Source: a virus. From it: a DNA stretch of 64,000 bases. The DNA lies in IMG/VR virus record IMGVR_UViG_3300025383_000001, positions 2,657 through 66,656 of that record; one strand, written 5' to 3'. Made by a program: the position numbers and the translations under genes. Under the pieces are notes generated by a model, which did no database searches, had not been told where the DNA came from, and saw only the letters and a list, made by a program, of their open reading frames with translations. Positions 9,240 through 20,480 of the stretch are shown one piece after another (positions within the stretch are counted from its first letter, which is position 1; each line of letters opens with the position of its first letter).

Positions 9240-12200
9240 AGTCCTTACTGTAATCCAACATACCTTCTAAGCGTGGCATTAGTTTTTTGTTTACGCCCAT
9301 GCCTCCAGTAATATCAGCAAGCGCTCTATCTTTATATCGCTTAGTTACTGACTTTAATAAAGTGTCTGGGTTAATTGGTAGCTCTGGAACTTGCTCATTG
9401 TATTTAGTTATTTTTTCTAACACTTTATCAAGCATAACTTCATCACCACCGTCCAATGCAATAAAAAACGCATTTAACAAATTAGTGTGTTTCTTCATAA
9501 TTGTTTCGTTTACGTTTTTCATTTCAATAGCAGCTTTTTGTGCTTGGGCAACACTTTCTGGCGAGAAGCCGAGCATCTGTGCGAGAGCTTCACCTGGGTT
9601 TACATCTTGTACTAAATTGCCTTTAATGCTGGTAGCCTCTCCTTCAGCCATGTATCGTGCACCAACCAATACGTTTTTAATAGCTGCAGGCATCATTGCT
9701 TCCATAGCACGCTCTGTATAACCTTCGTTATAGCGCTTCAAAGCCTCTGGGTAGTTAACCAAGATAGCGCCAGCCGACGGCCCCAACGCATTGATAAACA
9801 TATTTTTAACGTAGTCGGTTTCGTCTGAACCTTTACGAACATCTGGGAACCATAGGTCTGGTAAGTTGGTGTTCATACGGTCAGCAAAGTTTAATCCAGT
9901 AGCTTGCGACAATAAACCACGGGAAATACTATCTCCTACAAACCCACCAAACGTGCGGTTAGCCCAGTTTTTGAACCAGTTCTCTGGATCAAACTCGTCG
10001 TCATCCCCAAACACAGCATTAAACGCAGATGCAAGACCAGAAAAAATAAACCATAAAGGCATGCCTGTTAAACCGGCAGTTAAGAAAGACATACCCATCA
10101 TGCCAAGGAATGCATCTCTAGCTTGTTTTTTCATTTCAGCTAATTCAGCACGTTTAGCATCCATGATTTCTTTAACCACAGGTTCTGGGGTTTTGTCGTC
10201 TGCTAGCTCTTGTTCTAGAATTCTTAACTCTACGGCTGAGTTTTGCCCAATAGCTTTATAGAATGTACGGAACATAAGCATGCTTAAGTTTTGTGGGTAC
10301 ATCTTAAACTGCAAGAGAATGCTGGCTAAGTTGCCACGGAAATAGCGTGGCTTATTGGTAGTGTTGTAGTTAAACATGGTCTCTTGTGTAAGATCCCGTG
10401 CCTCATCCAAAGCGGCTTCATATGCTTTTTGGGGAGTTTTATTTTTAGAATGCTTCTCGTAAGCTAACTCAAATGAAGTCATATAGGATACTTCACGGTT
10501 AAACTTTTCGGCTGCGTGGAACGGCAAGCTAGCGTAATACATAAACTTCTGCCACCTTCCAGTGTAGTCGGCTGAGGGGTGCTCACCAATAGACACAGCG
10601 TCATGGGTTAATGTAGTATCAATAACGTTTCGATTAACACCCGCTGCATATACGTCTGCTAGGGACATACCCTTAGGCAACGAAATAGTTTTACCTTCTT
10701 TATTTACAAAGCTAGTCTGACCTTGTAAATTTGCACGTGCTAAAGACAAGAATTCGTAACGCCCAGTATCGCCGTTCACATACCCAGTACCACCAAGCAT
10801 GCGCATATACTTAGTAACAACCCTACCTACTTTTTTAACTCCACCATACCTAGACCCAGCTACAGGAATATAAAGACCAGGAACAGCCATCATGTTAACT
10901 ACTGCTGAAGCAGGAGAAGTTAAGAAGTTTAAGAATCCAAAGTGCGTAAGGTATGTAGTAAGCTTGTTTTGTTTAGGCGGTTCTAGCACACCATCTTTAA
11001 ATTGCTTAGCTAATTCATTAGACACGTCGCCATAAACTGCTTTTTCTTCTGGGGTCGGCATTGTTTTAAGGCGCATTTTAGATGCTTCGATAATATTAAA
11101 CAGTGCAGGCATGTGTTGGAAACGAGCACGCTGATATGCAATACGTTCACGTGATAAACCAAAAGCACGAAGCATATCTTGGCTGGGGCCCGCTACGTTC
11201 TCACGGTGTAAGAACATCTTTTTAATACTTTCAGAAGGTAACAACTCTAAATAATATTGCCCAAACTGATCTTTGAGTTCGTTTTGCAGCGCAGCAAGTT
11301 GGTTAGCAGCGACCGATGGATCTGTAGCAGAGCTAGTCATAACCCCTGCAGTAGTCTCGTCAATCATTTCGTAAATCTTATTAAGCTGCGAAACATCGTT
11401 AAGTTTTTGATTTAAAACTTCATTGAATCCTTGTCCGGGCCAAAGCTGTTTATCTGCATCTTGTGGGGTCATTCCCATGTCAACTAGCTTTTTCTTTTGC
11501 TTTTCTAGTTCGGCATCACGAGCAAATGCATCCTCAAACTGCATGAAGATTTTCTTTTGACCTTGGCCGACCATCAAGAAATACTCACCAAAACGTTTGA
11601 TTGGAAAGTATGGCCGGATAATCTTTTCTTCAGTAGCCTTTTTAAAATCAAGTTTTTTCTTGGCTATTTCTTCATCAGATAAGCCCTTAACTTTACCGTT
11701 TTCTTCAATGCGTTGGAGCTGCACTTGGACATATTCATTCATACGGCGCTCATAAAACTCACGCACTTGACGATATATTTCTACCGCAACCCCGCCGTCT
11801 TTACCGTTTGTTAGTTCTTGCCAAGCTGCTTTTAACTCTGGCTCTTTTAGCATTACTTTGGGATCATAACCAATACTTTTTGGGTCTGGGTCAACTTTTT
11901 TAAGTGTAGCCTCAATCATGGTTTTCCCTAACTGCTTAGACTTCTCAGGGTTATTATTGATTAAGTTACTCCACTTAGTAATGATTGGATCGCCTTCTTT
12001 AAGAATAGCGTTACGTGTAGCAATCATCGCATCTACTTCTTTAACGTAAAGCTTTAACTGTGGCATGTTATCGCCATATATGTCAGCAAGCTGGTCTACG
12101 CTAAGTGCGCCAAGCAAGTATTTACGGTATTGGTTGTTTAAGCTACCAAAGAACTTTTTGACATTAGTTTTATCTAGATCTTGCCATTTAGTTCTGTTCT

Positions 12201-15200
12201 TAATTAAGTTGCTTATCCACTTGGTGCGTTCGCCAGGGTTGAGCGTAAACTTACCGTCACGTACATCGTAGCGGCTAGGGGACCACAAAAGATCCTTACC
12301 ATTAGTAACTTCGCTATTGCTACGAGCAGAGAACAAAACGTCGGCGTTTGCTAGCGTATGGAAAAGCACGTTATCTATGCCGATTAACTTAGCAACAAGC
12401 TGGATAAACTTAGACCAAGCTGACATGTTTGTTTCCATGCTAGCTTTCATTTCCCGCAATTCTTTTTGGAATTCTGGTCGGCTAAACGCTTCTGCTACAA
12501 ACTCGTGCAGATTGTTATACCCATAAGCTTTTGGGTTTTTAGTATGTTTTTTGGCAAACTCATATAGCCCTTCCAACTTACCCAAAGCAATCTGTTGTTC
12601 TTTATTTAACTTACCTGGGTTATCAATAGCCCAATGAGTAGCGGAGTGAGTCAGCTCATGCGTAATAACATAGTTAGAATTACCGCCCGTAGTTAAGCTT
12701 AAACCAATAGCATTAAACCTAGTAAAGTATGTGCCAGGAGAATTTAATGTTTTGTATGTCTTCTCGTAAATTTCAATTACGTCTTTTAAATCTTCTTGGA
12801 ACATGCCTGGAGGTATGCTAAGTTTGCCTTCTTTCAAGTCTTTAAACGCTTGCAACAGTTCAGTTACAGGCATGCGCATCTTAGACTCGTCAAACTTGTT
12901 ACGGTATACCTCTGGATAAATCTGCTGGACCCACTTAATGATCCTGTTCTTTTGGCCCTCGACCCCTTTTAGACCTGCCATAGCTAAGTCGTACTGTACA
13001 TCATCCCAACCTAATCTAGTGGTTAACCCTAACTCACTTAAGCGTTCTGCAAGGGCAGATATAAACTTACCGCCTGTGTTTTTGAGGGCTTTAAGCACAC
13101 CATTGATGTCGTTTTGACCGATTGCAATCGTAACTGATGGATGTGCAGTTTTAAACAGCGGGTCGTTTAACGGAACCTGGTCGGCTTTGGGGCTTGTGTT
13201 TTCAGCCTTAGTTACAACAGGATCAGCAAACAAATTGTCTAAGTCATCAATGTCAAGGCGCTCTGGGTGGTCTTCTAGATTGTCCAGTAATTCATCTATT
13301 TCAACTTTAGACTTACGTTTTTTCTTTTCTTTTGTTGGTGCAGCAGCTTCTACTTTTGGCGCACTTAATAATGTATCAACTTCGGCAAAGTCTTTTTCTA
13401 GAAGATTTGCAATTTCTTGTTGTTGTGCCGGATTAGCACGTTTGTATTTTTTATCAATTGCCTCTAGCTTTTTCATTGTAAGCGTAGTAGAACCGGCAAT
13501 TTGGCTCATCTTGTCTTTTATATCTTGCAGTTCTTTTGGTGACGTTCTATTTACGTCAGTAAAACTAACACCAAATTCACCAAGCTTATCGCTTAGTTTT
13601 TGAATGTATTCTTCGGCTTTCTGAATTAATGGGTGGTCTTTGTATGTGCCATACCGCTGCTCATCTTTTGGATAGCCAGTCAACCAAGGAGTTAATGCGC
13701 TTGGTTTAGTTTCTTCTGCCGTAGTTTCCGCAGTAGTAGTTTCTTCTTTATTGCCCTTAAGATTTTCAACCTGGTCAAGTATTAAGTTTTGTTCTTTAAT
13801 AACTTCTTCTAGGCGTTCTTTTACCGCAACTCTTTCATCTGCATAATCGGGCTTATATTCTAAATCGTAATATTTAGTGTTTAACTCTTCATAGATCTTT
13901 TGGAGCTCGTCGTATTTAGAAAGTAGTTTATTTTTTGTTTCAATAAGCTCTAGTACGTTTGGCGCACCTTCTTGTTTTGGTGCTAACTTCTCTAAGCGAC
14001 CATCAATATCGTTAATGCGAGTTTGTAATGCATCGTATTCTTCACGGCGTTTAGTACCTGTTCTAGGTAGATTGCCGTTTTTATACAGCATAGATTGCTG
14101 CTCAACAGCGTAGTTATTTTTAATCTCAAGCAGTTCATCATAAGACTTTTGGTCTAATGCACTTGGCTGTACTTCATCTCGTACTTCAGTTCCTCCAGTA
14201 GTAGACTCAGTTCGTTCCACTCCTCCAAGGTCAGTTGTATCAGGTCCTGTGGCAGTGGTGCGTTCTTCTCCAGACACAGAAACGCCTGGCTCACCTGCTC
14301 CGGTGTCAGTTCCAGTATCTTCACCTTCTGTCTCCTTACTAATATTTTTAGCTGCTGTAACAAACGAATTAACTTCTTCTTCAGTAGCTTCTCTACCGGT
14401 TTTCTCGGCAAAGTCTTGTTTGAAGACTTCTGCTCTATCTTTGTCTAATTGCTGTTCGCCTTTTCTTTCAGCACGCTTTTCTAAGTACCCTTGTGTACCG
14501 CCAGTGATACCACCGAAACCACCGCCGCCGACAGCACCACGAACACCAGACTCTACTATACGATTAAATTCTTTGCTGCCCCAAGCTTCTGGATGATCTT
14601 GCACAAACTTTTCTGCAAAAATACTAATTGCTTCTTGAGCTGCTTCTGTCGGTGCCTCTTCTGCTGCACCAGTAATAGCTGTTCCAATAGCTGCTCTAGC
14701 GATGCCTGGTTTCATTCCAGACTTTTCCAAAAGCTTTTCTACAATACCAGCTTTAGATCCTGGGGTTAATTTACTTAATAATGTTGCTGGCAATACCGAA
14801 TCTAATGCAGCAGAAACAGAGCCTGCAAGAATAGCTGCACCTGGCTCTAACTGGCCGCCAGTCTCTTCGTAAATGTTCTGGAATATCTCTGGGGCGTTAA
14901 GTGCATAAGAACCTAAGTATGTACCAACGCCTTGGCCAATAGCAACACGTTTAGCTGCTTCTTTTGCAGCCATACCAGCAACACCCCTAGCGGCCAAAGC
15001 TCCACCACCAACGCCCGGAACCAATGCTGTGAGCATGTTTGGAACCTGCTCGGCTACGGTTTCTAGGGCAAACGGAACATAATCGCCTACACCCTTAACA
15101 TCTGACAAGCTCTTATAACGAGCCCCGTATTTTTGCTCAATTTCTTTTTGGGTTTCGGCAGCCTCTGCCATTTGTTTACGTGCGTATTCATCAGCACCTA

Positions 15201-15462
15201 CGGCGCTAGCAGCCATTGCTGGCAACACGTCAAATAAAGCCGAACCCGTCTGTTTAGCGCCACGTACAATACCACGCCCAAGCATATCCACCAACCCAGT
15301 AGGCTTGCTTCCTTCTTCTGAGTTAGCAACGTATCTACCTAGCTCATCAGGCTGTGGTTTGCCTTTTTGCGACTCTAAATGGTTTAGAATCTTTTCTTTG
15401 GCGACAGCATGATCTTCATCAGCAATATCGTAGTGCTGGCCTTGGTATTCATAAATAGGCAT
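9238..15462 (-). CDS. Giant (2074 aa) internal virion / ejection protein with zincin-like metallopeptidase motif
   Basis: Last gene of the structural arm; Ala/Gly-rich N-terminus; THELTH..EFVAE HExxH motif; C-terminal region like large polyvalent-protein domains. Confidence 0.7.
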   Translation of the reverse strand: MPIYEYQGQHYDIADEDHAVAKEKILNHLESQKGKPQPDELGRYVANSEEGSKPTGLVDMLGRGIVRGAKQTGSALFDVLPAMAASAVGADEYARKQMAEAAETQKEIEQKYGARYKSLSDVKGVGDYVPFALETVAEQVPNMLTALVPGVGGGALAARGVAGMAAKEAAKRVAIGQGVGTYLGSYALNAPEIFQNIYEETGGQLEPGAAILAGSVSAALDSVLPATLLSKLTPGSKAGIVEKLLEKSGMKPGIARAAIGTAITGAAEEAPTEAAQEAISIFAEKFVQDHPEAWGSKEFNRIVESGVRGAVGGGGFGGITGGTQGYLEKRAERKGEQQLDKDRAEVFKQDFAEKTGREATEEEVNSFVTAAKNISKETEGEDTGTDTGAGEPGVSVSGEERTTATGPDTTDLGGVERTESTTGGTEVRDEVQPSALDQKSYDELLEIKNNYAVEQQSMLYKNGNLPRTGTKRREEYDALQTRINDIDGRLEKLAPKQEGAPNVLELIETKNKLLSKYDELQKIYEELNTKYYDLEYKPDYADERVAVKERLEEVIKEQNLILDQVENLKGNKEETTTAETTAEETKPSALTPWLTGYPKDEQRYGTYKDHPLIQKAEEYIQKLSDKLGEFGVSFTDVNRTSPKELQDIKDKMSQIAGSTTLTMKKLEAIDKKYKRANPAQQQEIANLLEKDFAEVDTLLSAPKVEAAAPTKEKKKRKSKVEIDELLDNLEDHPERLDIDDLDNLFADPVVTKAENTSPKADQVPLNDPLFKTAHPSVTIAIGQNDINGVLKALKNTGGKFISALAERLSELGLTTRLGWDDVQYDLAMAGLKGVEGQKNRIIKWVQQIYPEVYRNKFDESKMRMPVTELLQAFKDLKEGKLSIPPGMFQEDLKDVIEIYEKTYKTLNSPGTYFTRFNAIGLSLTTGGNSNYVITHELTHSATHWAIDNPGKLNKEQQIALGKLEGLYEFAKKHTKNPKAYGYNNLHEFVAEAFSRPEFQKELREMKASMETNMSAWSKFIQLVAKLIGIDNVLFHTLANADVLFSARSNSEVTNGKDLLWSPSRYDVRDGKFTLNPGERTKWISNLIKNRTKWQDLDKTNVKKFFGSLNNQYRKYLLGALSVDQLADIYGDNMPQLKLYVKEVDAMIATRNAILKEGDPIITKWSNLINNNPEKSKQLGKTMIEATLKKVDPDPKSIGYDPKVMLKEPELKAAWQELTNGKDGGVAVEIYRQVREFYERRMNEYVQVQLQRIEENGKVKGLSDEEIAKKKLDFKKATEEKIIRPYFPIKRFGEYFLMVGQGQKKIFMQFEDAFARDAELEKQKKKLVDMGMTPQDADKQLWPGQGFNEVLNQKLNDVSQLNKIYEMIDETTAGVMTSSATDPSVAANQLAALQNELKDQFGQYYLELLPSESIKKMFLHRENVAGPSQDMLRAFGLSRERIAYQRARFQHMPALFNIIEASKMRLKTMPTPEEKAVYGDVSNELAKQFKDGVLEPPKQNKLTTYLTHFGFLNFLTSPASAVVNMMAVPGLYIPVAGSRYGGVKKVGRVVTKYMRMLGGTGYVNGDTGRYEFLSLARANLQGQTSFVNKEGKTISLPKGMSLADVYAAGVNRNVIDTTLTHDAVSIGEHPSADYTGRWQKFMYYASLPFHAAEKFNREVSYMTSFELAYEKHSKNKTPQKAYEAALDEARDLTQETMFNYNTTNKPRYFRGNLASILLQFKMYPQNLSMLMFRTFYKAIGQNSAVELRILEQELADDKTPEPVVKEIMDAKRAELAEMKKQARDAFLGMMGMSFLTAGLTGMPLWFIFSGLASAFNAVFGDDDEFDPENWFKNWANRTFGGFVGDSISRGLLSQATGLNFADRMNTNLPDLWFPDVRKGSDETDYVKNMFINALGPSAGAILVNYPEALKRYNEGYTERAMEAMMPAAIKNVLVGARYMAEGEATSIKGNLVQDVNPGEALAQMLGFSPESVAQAQKAAIEMKNVNETIMKKHTNLLNAFFIALDGGDEVMLDKVLEKITKYNEQVPELPINPDTLLKSVTKRYKDRALADITGGMGVNKKLMPRLEGMLDYSKD

Positions 15463-15470
15463 TCTATATC

Positions 15471-18155
15471 CTAGTTAATTTTTATTGGATTGCTAGCTGT
15501 CCCCAATTGACCTTGTGTTTGGGCTTGCTGCGTACCTCCTGACATTCTATTATAAATGCCAGTGAACAAGTCATTTTCCATTTTTTGTTTAGCAGCAATA
15601 GCTTCTTTATCGCCTTTAGCCGCTTTTTTAGCTAAGTCACGATATGTTGGATCTAATTGTAACGCACCAATACGTTTGCCATATTCCGTCTCAGCAGCTT
15701 GACGAATTCTAGCGGCCGAAGTTTCATCGCTCATACTTGTAGCTTGAGTATATGCTTGCAACACTTCTGTTGTAGTTGGCTCTCTACCTAGTTTCTGAGC
15801 AAGGTCGGCTTTAATGCCAGCCAACTGCTGTGCCTTAAGTGCGTTGGCGCTATGCGCTGCAGAAGCTCCGATTTGTGCTCCAGCAATATGTGCATTAGCT
15901 TGAGTAATAGCGTTATCACGAGAAACAACGTGCCCTTCATGTTCGTTGTAAAGCTTCTCGGCAGCATCCATATCTCCAATAGCTTCTTTACGTCTTGCTT
16001 CTTCAAGCGTAGTTTGAGCTTTCATGTTTTCAACTTCAGCAACACGTTGGGCTTTACGTGCCTCAGCTTCACCCGCAGCAAATTTACCTAATGACTTAAG
16101 TCCAGCAACACCGGCTCCACCAGGAGAAGGCGTTGTACCAAAGTCAGCAAACGCCTGTGCCATACGTAAATAACGATCACGTGTAGATTCATTAGCTGCA
16201 TTAGCTTGTTGTTGCTCAAGAACATTCATAAGCGCTTTGTATTTTTCTCCGCCGCCTTGTTCAATACCTAGTTCTTTTGCCATTGCTTGACGCTGTTTTA
16301 GCATATCCATTGGATTGCCTAAATTCATATTAGAACTAAACTGAGGCGCTGCTGGGCCTCCAGTAGGAGCAGCCGGAGCAGCAGGGGCAGCAGCAGCAGT
16401 GGGTGGAGCGGCAACAGGTTTTTCAGCTACAGGAGCTTCGTCTGTTTCTTTTTTAGCTGTTTCTTTTTTGATCGGGACACCACGGTCGCTATATCCTTCT
16501 GGTGGTGTATATTGAATGCCATGCCGTTTTAATCGATCAGCTTTTTGCCATTCTGTTTCTGTACCTAACATACCTAATACGTCACCAAGATTAGAAACTG
16601 TAAAACCATAGCCTGGGCCAGAATTTTGCCCGACAGTTTCTTCTGGTGTTGGCACAAGGCCTTCGTTAGCAAAAGCAATAATCCCGCCACCAGCAAGACG
16701 TTGAGTATCAAATGCTGGGCCACCAGCAGCACCGAGGCCAGACATACGGGCTTGTTGGATTGCTTCTGGGTTGGGTTGTGGTTGTGGGATTGCACCGGCT
16801 TGGGCAATAGCTGCTCCAGCACCAGGAAGTTGACGTAGTCGGTTTTGATCTTCTTGTACGCCTTGGAAAAGAATACGTTCACTAGGTGTTACCTGTGGGT
16901 CATTAATGCGATTTTGTAATTGTGCAGCACTTAAACCACGTGAATAATCTTCTAGTTGCGGGTCGTTAATAACGGCACCATATTTATATCCGGGCACTTT
17001 ACCGCCCTTTTTCATGCCGATTATGCCACCTTGTGCCTTACCAAAAGCAGCACCTAATGCAGCAGCAGTTCCACCAAGACCAATAGCTTGCTGTGTACCT
17101 GTCGGCTGCGCTTGGTATATAGAAGTAGTCTGTGCCTGCAACGGTAACCCACGAAGCATATTAGACATTGTGCCAAGTTGTAGCAACGGATACTGCTGAG
17201 CAGTAGCATAATTTTGTATTGCTTGGTTAATAATTTGTTGTTGGTTTTGTTGCTGCTGACCGCCAAATTGGTTTTGACCTTGCAATATGCCCATCTGTTG
17301 GCCATACTGTGTTTGTCCTAATTGGCCTAAAGCATTAGCAGCATTTACTGCTTGACCATAACCTTGCAATCCAGTTTGATATCCTTGCAAACCTAAGTTA
17401 GCACCAAACTGTTGTGCTTGTTGCGCCTGATTAAATGCTTGATTGTATCCTTGGCCGATCGCCTGTTGACGAGCTAAATCAAAGTTTTGAGCGTTTAACC
17501 CTTGGGCCAATGTCTCACGATTACCACCAAATGCACCTTTACCTGCCGCACCAGCAGCAATGTTTTGGCCTTGTATTGCTTGTTGTTGGTTTAAAAGATT
17601 AAGCTGTGGGGCAAGCGATTGCTGAATATATGGATTCATGTAGGCTTGGATCGAATTAGGATCTGTTGCCATGTTTGCATAATTTTGTCCGGCGCCAGCA
17701 GCTTGACCAGCTAAACCTAAAGAACCTAAACCACCCATACCGGCCATACCAGAAGCTTGGCCAAGTTGTGGGGCAACTTGCATATTAGCCATTCCTTGGA
17801 ACGACTGTTGTTGCATTGGGGAAAACCCTGCTACGTAATTAGATGGGTCATTGCTATATGGGGTATATGGCTTAAAGCCAGTAATTTCTGTAGAGCCCTG
17901 TGTACCTGTACCAGGAACTAATGCGCCACTTGAATCATATTGTGCTGGAACACCAGGAGTTGTTTGGGTGTTAAATAATTGTGCCTGAGTAGCGTTAAGC
18001 ATATTGCTAACGTATGGCTGAGCATATTCTGGAATATTAGTATTAGATACAGTTGTTTGAGTGGGGCTTGGGCTGCCACCACCACCTCCACCACCGGAGT
18101 CTCTAAGGACGCCACCGTCGGCATACTGGAATCGTTTATATCTTAAAATGCTCAT
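15471..18155 (-). CDS. Internal virion / DNA ejection protein
   Basis: Gln/Gly/Ala-rich helical protein (YMNPY, GAFGGNR) located among ejection genes. Confidence 0.65.
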   Translation of the reverse strand: MSILRYKRFQYADGGVLRDSGGGGGGGSPSPTQTTVSNTNIPEYAQPYVSNMLNATQAQLFNTQTTPGVPAQYDSSGALVPGTGTQGSTEITGFKPYTPYSNDPSNYVAGFSPMQQQSFQGMANMQVAPQLGQASGMAGMGGLGSLGLAGQAAGAGQNYANMATDPNSIQAYMNPYIQQSLAPQLNLLNQQQAIQGQNIAAGAAGKGAFGGNRETLAQGLNAQNFDLARQQAIGQGYNQAFNQAQQAQQFGANLGLQGYQTGLQGYGQAVNAANALGQLGQTQYGQQMGILQGQNQFGGQQQQNQQQIINQAIQNYATAQQYPLLQLGTMSNMLRGLPLQAQTTSIYQAQPTGTQQAIGLGGTAAALGAAFGKAQGGIIGMKKGGKVPGYKYGAVINDPQLEDYSRGLSAAQLQNRINDPQVTPSERILFQGVQEDQNRLRQLPGAGAAIAQAGAIPQPQPNPEAIQQARMSGLGAAGGPAFDTQRLAGGGIIAFANEGLVPTPEETVGQNSGPGYGFTVSNLGDVLGMLGTETEWQKADRLKRHGIQYTPPEGYSDRGVPIKKETAKKETDEAPVAEKPVAAPPTAAAAPAAPAAPTGGPAAPQFSSNMNLGNPMDMLKQRQAMAKELGIEQGGGEKYKALMNVLEQQQANAANESTRDRYLRMAQAFADFGTTPSPGGAGVAGLKSLGKFAAGEAEARKAQRVAEVENMKAQTTLEEARRKEAIGDMDAAEKLYNEHEGHVVSRDNAITQANAHIAGAQIGASAAHSANALKAQQLAGIKADLAQKLGREPTTTEVLQAYTQATSMSDETSAARIRQAAETEYGKRIGALQLDPTYRDLAKKAAKGDKEAIAAKQKMENDLFTGIYNRMSGGTQQAQTQGQLGTASNPIKIN

Positions 18156-18158
18156 AGC

Positions 18159-18593
18159 TTAATCCTTAAAAAACTTCTGGTACGTTATGCTTTGCACTTC
18201 ATACCCGTAGCCCTTCATGTGTTTTCCCCAGCCGGGGCGACCAATAAATTCAATACCACTGCAACCTGTATCTTTAGCAAATTTCTCTGCTAATTCTTGC
18301 ATCTTGTCTTCCACGTATTGCATGTGGTTTTTCTCCATAGCACAATACTGCACCCGCAACATTTTACACTGTGGGTACTGTTTAACTTCTGTAATTAAAT
18401 GCCCATACAGCTTCTTTTCTTCTGTACAAAATACCACCCAAAGCTGCATTTGTCCATTAAGTACAAAGCGTAATATGTCATCAACTTTAGAGCGTCCTCT
18501 AGACCAAAGTTCAGATTCTGCCAAGTACGGCAGCAATCCTGGAATGGTTTCAGATAAATGGCCGGGAGGAACAAGGCTTATCTCCAAATTCAT
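18159..18593 (-). CDS. GNAT-fold virion morphogenesis protein
   Basis: ITEVKQYP..AKDTGCSGIEFIGRPGW pattern; position between ejection genes as in podoviruses. Confidence 0.55.
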   Translation of the reverse strand: MNLEISLVPPGHLSETIPGLLPYLAESELWSRGRSKVDDILRFVLNGQMQLWVVFCTEEKKLYGHLITEVKQYPQCKMLRVQYCAMEKNHMQYVEDKMQELAEKFAKDTGCSGIEFIGRPGWGKHMKGYGYEVQSITYQKFFKD

Positions 18594-20125
18594 TTTGGTA
18601 GGTATTTATCCACTTTTACTGCAGGAGCTTGTTTCTTACGCCCTGTTCTTGCTTGACGAATCTTATCCATCATTGCATATAGCCGTTTTGCACCAGCATC
18701 AGTAGAGCCATTCCCAAGATGAGACACAACATCCGCAGGCACAACAAACTCGCCGTCAGCCAATCTGGCAGGTTGCTTTCCACCAATATTAGCAGGGATG
18801 CTATCAGACATACCATCGCCAGGACCTTTAAGTAAATGAGGGTTTCCACCAGCAGCATATCCTCCTAAACCAACTACGTTACCACCGCCAGCAAACTGCT
18901 GCATCGGTTCACCAGTATAAGCGTTTGTTTTTGGGTCATAATCGGAATTAACTATTGACGCACTTGTAGGCAATTGGGTCGGTGTAGCAAACTGAGTATG
19001 CTCTTGTAGGCCTTGTGGGTAGTAGTTATTTACCCCGTTGTTAGCATTTTGCTGACTCATCTGCTCAACAGCACCGCCGATTGCATAATCTTGTGTATCT
19101 GCATCTTCGTTATTTATTTGCCCCAAATTAACTACAGGCTTTAATCCTTTACTTACGGCATTTTTACCCATACCGGCAGCTTTAGCTTTTTGTCCAAGCC
19201 TGTATAGCGCAGCACTATATGCGTCTAAGTTTTTAGTATTAGGGTCTGTATCTTGTGAAACGCTTAAGCTTGGCTGTGCCGTAGAAATAATTGGCCGTTG
19301 GCTAGCATAATTTTCTAGTATGTTTGTAGCATTAACTACACTACCATAGTCTGAATCGCCGCTGTAAGAAGGTACAGAACCACCAGCAGCCATGCCAACA
19401 CGGTAGTCAGTGTATTGTGGTTTGTAGTATGGATTTGGTTGAGCTGGCGCATAACCTTGGAAGTTTTTAGAAAGAGGCGTAAACCCAAATGGGTTTGTAT
19501 TCCCTGTAGCTGCTGTTGGAATAGTCGACTTAGAAGACATAGAGTCGGTCAATACGGGAGCAAAAGCCATCATAGCTGCGCCAGGATGACTTCCAAAAGT
19601 AGACATAGCTGTAGGGCCTGTTAGTCCAGTTAATGCATTAGCACCACGTGATGCTGGTGGAGGGGTATTAAGAACCGCTTTTCCTGTAGTATCTTCTGAA
19701 CCCCAATTAGCTGGATTAGCTTCACTTTCTGCGGTAACATCGCCTGCCGGAGCCAAAGAAGCCCCTGCACCTGCAAATGCGTTAGTCAGGTCAGCACCAC
19801 CATAAGCCCCCATACCAGCCATAAGACCTTTAGTAAGTGAACCTGTCATAGCATAGTCGGCCCCGCCAACAAGCATACCTGATAGCAAAGGTGTCATTGC
19901 CCCATCAGTTAAAACATCCAAACCAATACCGGCAACGGCTGGTAAAATAGAACTTAAGAATCCTGCTTCTGGAAGGCCTGTTTCTGGGTTAGTGGTAAGA
20001 CTACCACCATGCTTTGCAGCCAAGCCTTTAAGCGCCTCGACCTCATTTGGAGACATATGGACGAGCTCAGTGTCTGTCCCACGACCTTTGGATTTTAAAT
20101 AGTGCGCTGTTTTGTGTAGTCCCAT
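18590..20125 (-). CDS. Internal virion protein
   Basis: NPETGLPEA N-terminal motif and C-terminal GPGDGMSDSIPA..ARLADGEFVVPADVV motif. Confidence 0.65.
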   Translation of the reverse strand: MGLHKTAHYLKSKGRGTDTELVHMSPNEVEALKGLAAKHGGSLTTNPETGLPEAGFLSSILPAVAGIGLDVLTDGAMTPLLSGMLVGGADYAMTGSLTKGLMAGMGAYGGADLTNAFAGAGASLAPAGDVTAESEANPANWGSEDTTGKAVLNTPPPASRGANALTGLTGPTAMSTFGSHPGAAMMAFAPVLTDSMSSKSTIPTAATGNTNPFGFTPLSKNFQGYAPAQPNPYYKPQYTDYRVGMAAGGSVPSYSGDSDYGSVVNATNILENYASQRPIISTAQPSLSVSQDTDPNTKNLDAYSAALYRLGQKAKAAGMGKNAVSKGLKPVVNLGQINNEDADTQDYAIGGAVEQMSQQNANNGVNNYYPQGLQEHTQFATPTQLPTSASIVNSDYDPKTNAYTGEPMQQFAGGGNVVGLGGYAAGGNPHLLKGPGDGMSDSIPANIGGKQPARLADGEFVVPADVVSHLGNGSTDAGAKRLYAMMDKIRQARTGRKKQAPAVKVDKYLPK

Positions 20126-20156
20126 AAGGCCTCACCCAGTAAATAATTGCAGTTTA

Positions 20157-20480
20157 TCACGATACCTTGACCTTTAAAACATTTGCGTTAGCGGTATCTA
20201 CGTATACGTCACCTACTCTTAGGTTAGATAAATCCACCTGTGTGGGTAGGCTTAGGATTCTAGTGCCACCAGAAGCATTGGCTTGGCTAAAATTAAGGGC
20301 AGAAACTATCCTAGTTACCCCGTTTATGGTGTTTCTTTGGGTAGACATTGCCGATGGCCCAGCGTTATCTAGCTGGGAAAAGTACAGACGTAGGACGTTA
20401 TTAAGTTGATCCTGATATTGCTGACTATAGTCTACGGGGGCAATAGGTAGGTTGGGGGAGGTTGTGGTTCCTGTGCTCAT
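20157..20480 (-). CDS. Hypothetical virion protein
   Basis: ATGA overlap with upstream gene in the structural operon. Confidence 0.6.
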   Translation of the reverse strand: MSTGTTTSPNLPIAPVDYSQQYQDQLNNVLRLYFSQLDNAGPSAMSTQRNTINGVTRIVSALNFSQANASGGTRILSLPTQVDLSNLRVGDVYVDTANANVLKVKVS

